From the NCBI RefSeq assembly GCF_009914755.1, contig NC_060926.1: DNA of 64,000 nucleotides. The stretch is one strand, 5' to 3'. A program made the translations under genes and the position numbers. Positions 61,492-64,000 of the stretch are shown one piece after another. This DNA comes from the human T2T-CHM13v2.0 reference genome, Homo sapiens. Numbering within the stretch: position 1 is the first letter of the stretch; each line of letters starts with the position of its first letter. Under the pieces are notes generated by a model. That model was not told the DNA's origin. It saw nothing but the letters and a program-made list of their open reading frames with translations, and did no database searches.

Positions 61492-61562
61492 TCTGTACAG
61501 CAAAGGGAACAATCAGCTAAATGAAGAGGCAACCCACAGAATGAGAGAAAAGTTTGCTAAGT
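58164..61562 (+). pseudogene. Decayed L1 ORF2p (endonuclease/reverse transcriptase)
   Basis: ORF 58932 NDQWVNE...KLQINNLMMHL...IKAEINKIE. DNA motifs gatgctggaaaagcatttgataaa (DAxKAFDK), caaggatgccccctttca (QGCPLS) and tttgcagatgat (FADD). Many disablements. Confidence 0.92.
61168..61483 (+). mobile_element. AluSq-like inserted in L1 ORF2
   Basis: Full Alu with long poly(A). TSD aaaaagcttctg (61156-61167 / 61484-61495). Confidence 0.95.
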
Positions 61563-62829
61563 AAATATTACCAGTAAAAAATTATAATTATGCATTCTCT
61601 CACACATTGTGAATAACATCCAATTACAAAACATGCACAAAAATATATTTTGTTCTGTTTAAATGTATTTGTTAACATACTAAATAAAATACATGAACAA
61701 AATATATTTAAATATATATTTACTAATAACATAGAGATACTTAAATGATTTTATATCTATTGAAAACAAATTTGAGTTTTTTTATTTAATTAAACTAATA
61801 CTGGTTTCTTTGATTATAGAAACAATTTATGCCTTTCATAAAGATTCAATGTAACAAAATATATGAGGAATAATTAAAATTATTTTTGTAAGCTACTAAT
61901 TGCCTAATTTTTAATGAGTATTCTTATACATATCTTTCTTTGCACACACATACACACATATGCATATGTAAAAATCCTTGCAATTTTGTTTACAATGGGA
62001 TTTTAATATGAATATTTTATATTCTTTTCACCTGCTGTCGATATGATGTGAAAATTGTACCAAGTTGATATGTTCAGATAAAAACTATTATTTTTAACAA
62101 TTGCCTTGTTACCTATTATTTTAATGTTAGTGTTTACATATAAAACAATCTATTTAAGCAGTCTACAACTGTTGGACTTATGGATTTTCCACATCTTTTC
62201 ACTATTATTAGAACAACAAAAATAAATATTCTAACTTTGATTTCTTTTCTGATAACTATTTTAGAATATACAGCTATAAAACAAGGTATATATAGTTCTG
62301 ATTCATTACTAAGCATAAGTTTTTATATAAAGCTTTATGTTTTATTTTATAATTTTATATTACAGGTGCTCATTATTCCAGGAGTAATTCAGTAGATTGT
62401 ATGCTGGCTTTGAAATTATTGTATCTTTGACAATTATTTGTTTTCAATTTCTAATTTTATTATGAGATCATAACCATTCCATTGCCAAATAACAGACTGA
62501 CTTTTGTAAATTTTCATGGATATAAGAACTATGTATGTTCTTTAATTACAACACACAAAATAATATAAACTTCCCTTTAAATAAATTTGTCGATTATTTA
62601 AATCCTCTGTTTCTTTGCTCATGTACTACATTGTCGCTTAATCCAATAATTACTAAAATAGTAAACACACAGATAAATATTTTGATGTTGTATATTACGG
62701 GGGAAAAGCTAAAACTGAATTGTGATATATACTATGCAAATTTATGGAGGCAAATTTTAAAGGTGTTTGTACTATATGATCCTATTTTTAATTCATATCC
62801 AAAAGTGAATAAGATAGAAAACTTACGTA

Positions 62830-64000
62830 CAGGCTGACAACCTGGAACATATGGAAAATATCACCTTTCCCCTGCTTCTGAGTACATAACGATTTAGCAG
62901 AGTATTGATGAGCACATGCATGTAAGGAAACCTCCTGAGGCTGAGAAAAGACCATCTGAAAGCATTAGAGAGAATGGTACTCAGTGTTCACACAGGGCTG
63001 GAAATAGTGTCTGTTTTTACCAATTAGACTGACAAACCTCGTAATTCAAGCGGTAGTAGACGGAGATTTCAGATGGGTCTCGCCTTAATTGTGGAGAATA
63101 ATGAGCCCTTTGGTTCCACCAAACACAAGACCCTGAATGATCACATTTTCCAAGTTACTTAATGTATCCAGAATAAAGATCATGAAAAAGAAAATCACCA
63201 ACCAAAAAACTGAAATTTGCAATATCTGGAATTCCATGAAAGATTACCAGGCATGAAAGAAGGAGGAAGTATGACCTTAAGAAAAATAAAAATCAATTTA
63301 ATGAATCCAGCCCAGAGCTGATATGGATGTTATAATTAGTACACAAAAAATTCCACGTATCTTGTTATCTTTTGAACAGAAGAAATACAGAACTTCCAGG
63401 TATCTCTTTATCTTTTAAACAGAAGAAATACAGTTGTTATAACTATAACTATATAATTATGTAATTTATTCTGTTCAAAAGATAAAGAGATACATGGAAG
63501 TTTTTTTTTAAGACCAAACCCAGACTACTGTAGTATGAAAACTACAGTTACTAAGCTGAAAATATACTAGATGTGATTAGTAGCAGATTAGGCAGCAGAC
63601 AAAAGGATTATTGAACTTGGTAAGTGAACCAATAATTTCCACCTAGGTTTACACCTCTCCTTTTAATATGTTCACTAAAAGACATATACATACATATATG
63701 CTCCGAGAAGCTGTATTTATATCTCAAAAATGGACAAAACCCAATGTCCATAAATATTAAAGTGAATCAATAAATCATGGTACATCTATACAATGGAGTA
63801 ATATGCATAAATGAAAGTTAACAAAAATATCCATCTATCAAAAGAATCCAGGCCCAAAACAATACATACTGTATGATTCTATTTACATGACATTTAAAAC
63901 AGGTATGGTGGTAGAAATCAGGGTAATGTGTACCTTTGGGTGGAGAGTTGCTTAGAGAGGGCATACATGAGCATCTGGTGTGCTGGATAAACCATATTTC
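62830..64000 (+). mobile_element. Old L1M (L1ME/MC-like) 5', ORF1 and 3' fragments
   Basis: ORF1-like aaaatatactagatgtgattagtagcagattag...ggattattgaacttg and 3' UTR-like aatacatactgtatgattctatttacatgac. Confidence 0.65.

Larger units (their letters stand above)
54612..61562 (+). mobile_element. Near full-length, 3'-truncated L1MA1-3 (L1M1-type 5' UTR)
   Basis: Starts gagcaagatgactgactagaagcctccactgat. ~2-kb subrepeated 5' UTR, ORF1, spacer, then ORF2 through EN and RT. Stops before the ORF2 C-terminus and 3' UTR. Confidence 0.92.

Overview
This is AT-rich, CpG-depleted human genomic DNA, either intergenic or deep intronic; a near-intact human-specific AluYb8 at 34478-34789 fixes the species. 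I find no supportable protein-coding exon, RNA gene or CRISPR array. The ORF track is explained by decayed L1 ORF1/ORF2, a Tigger4 transposase relic, Alu read-through, satellite periodicity and chance. Much of the window is interspersed repeats (Alus, L1PA/L1MA/L1MB/L1MC, L2, MIR, THE1/MST/MLT/LTR40 LTRs, Tigger4, MER5A, MER58A); subfamily names are from recalled consensus sequences, not a database search. The outstanding feature is a ~5 kb island of a ~75-bp SATR1/SATR2-type satellite (18345-23334) that is not a simple tandem array. Two arrays diverge from a very AT-rich core. The ~4.06-kb unit begins and ends in register inside the same GC-rich variant monomer, as a circularly permuted unit would. 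A ~0.9-kb fold-back inverted duplication is attached on the left, each monomer is itself palindromic, and the flanks are unrelated truncated repeats with no target-site duplication. My inference is a mobile satellite cassette inserted through a circular or hairpin intermediate. Smaller observations: a candidate L1 3' transduction, a templated inverted insertion, a local 130-bp duplication, a 24-bp hairpin and a candidate NF-Y/CRE/ETS regulatory element.
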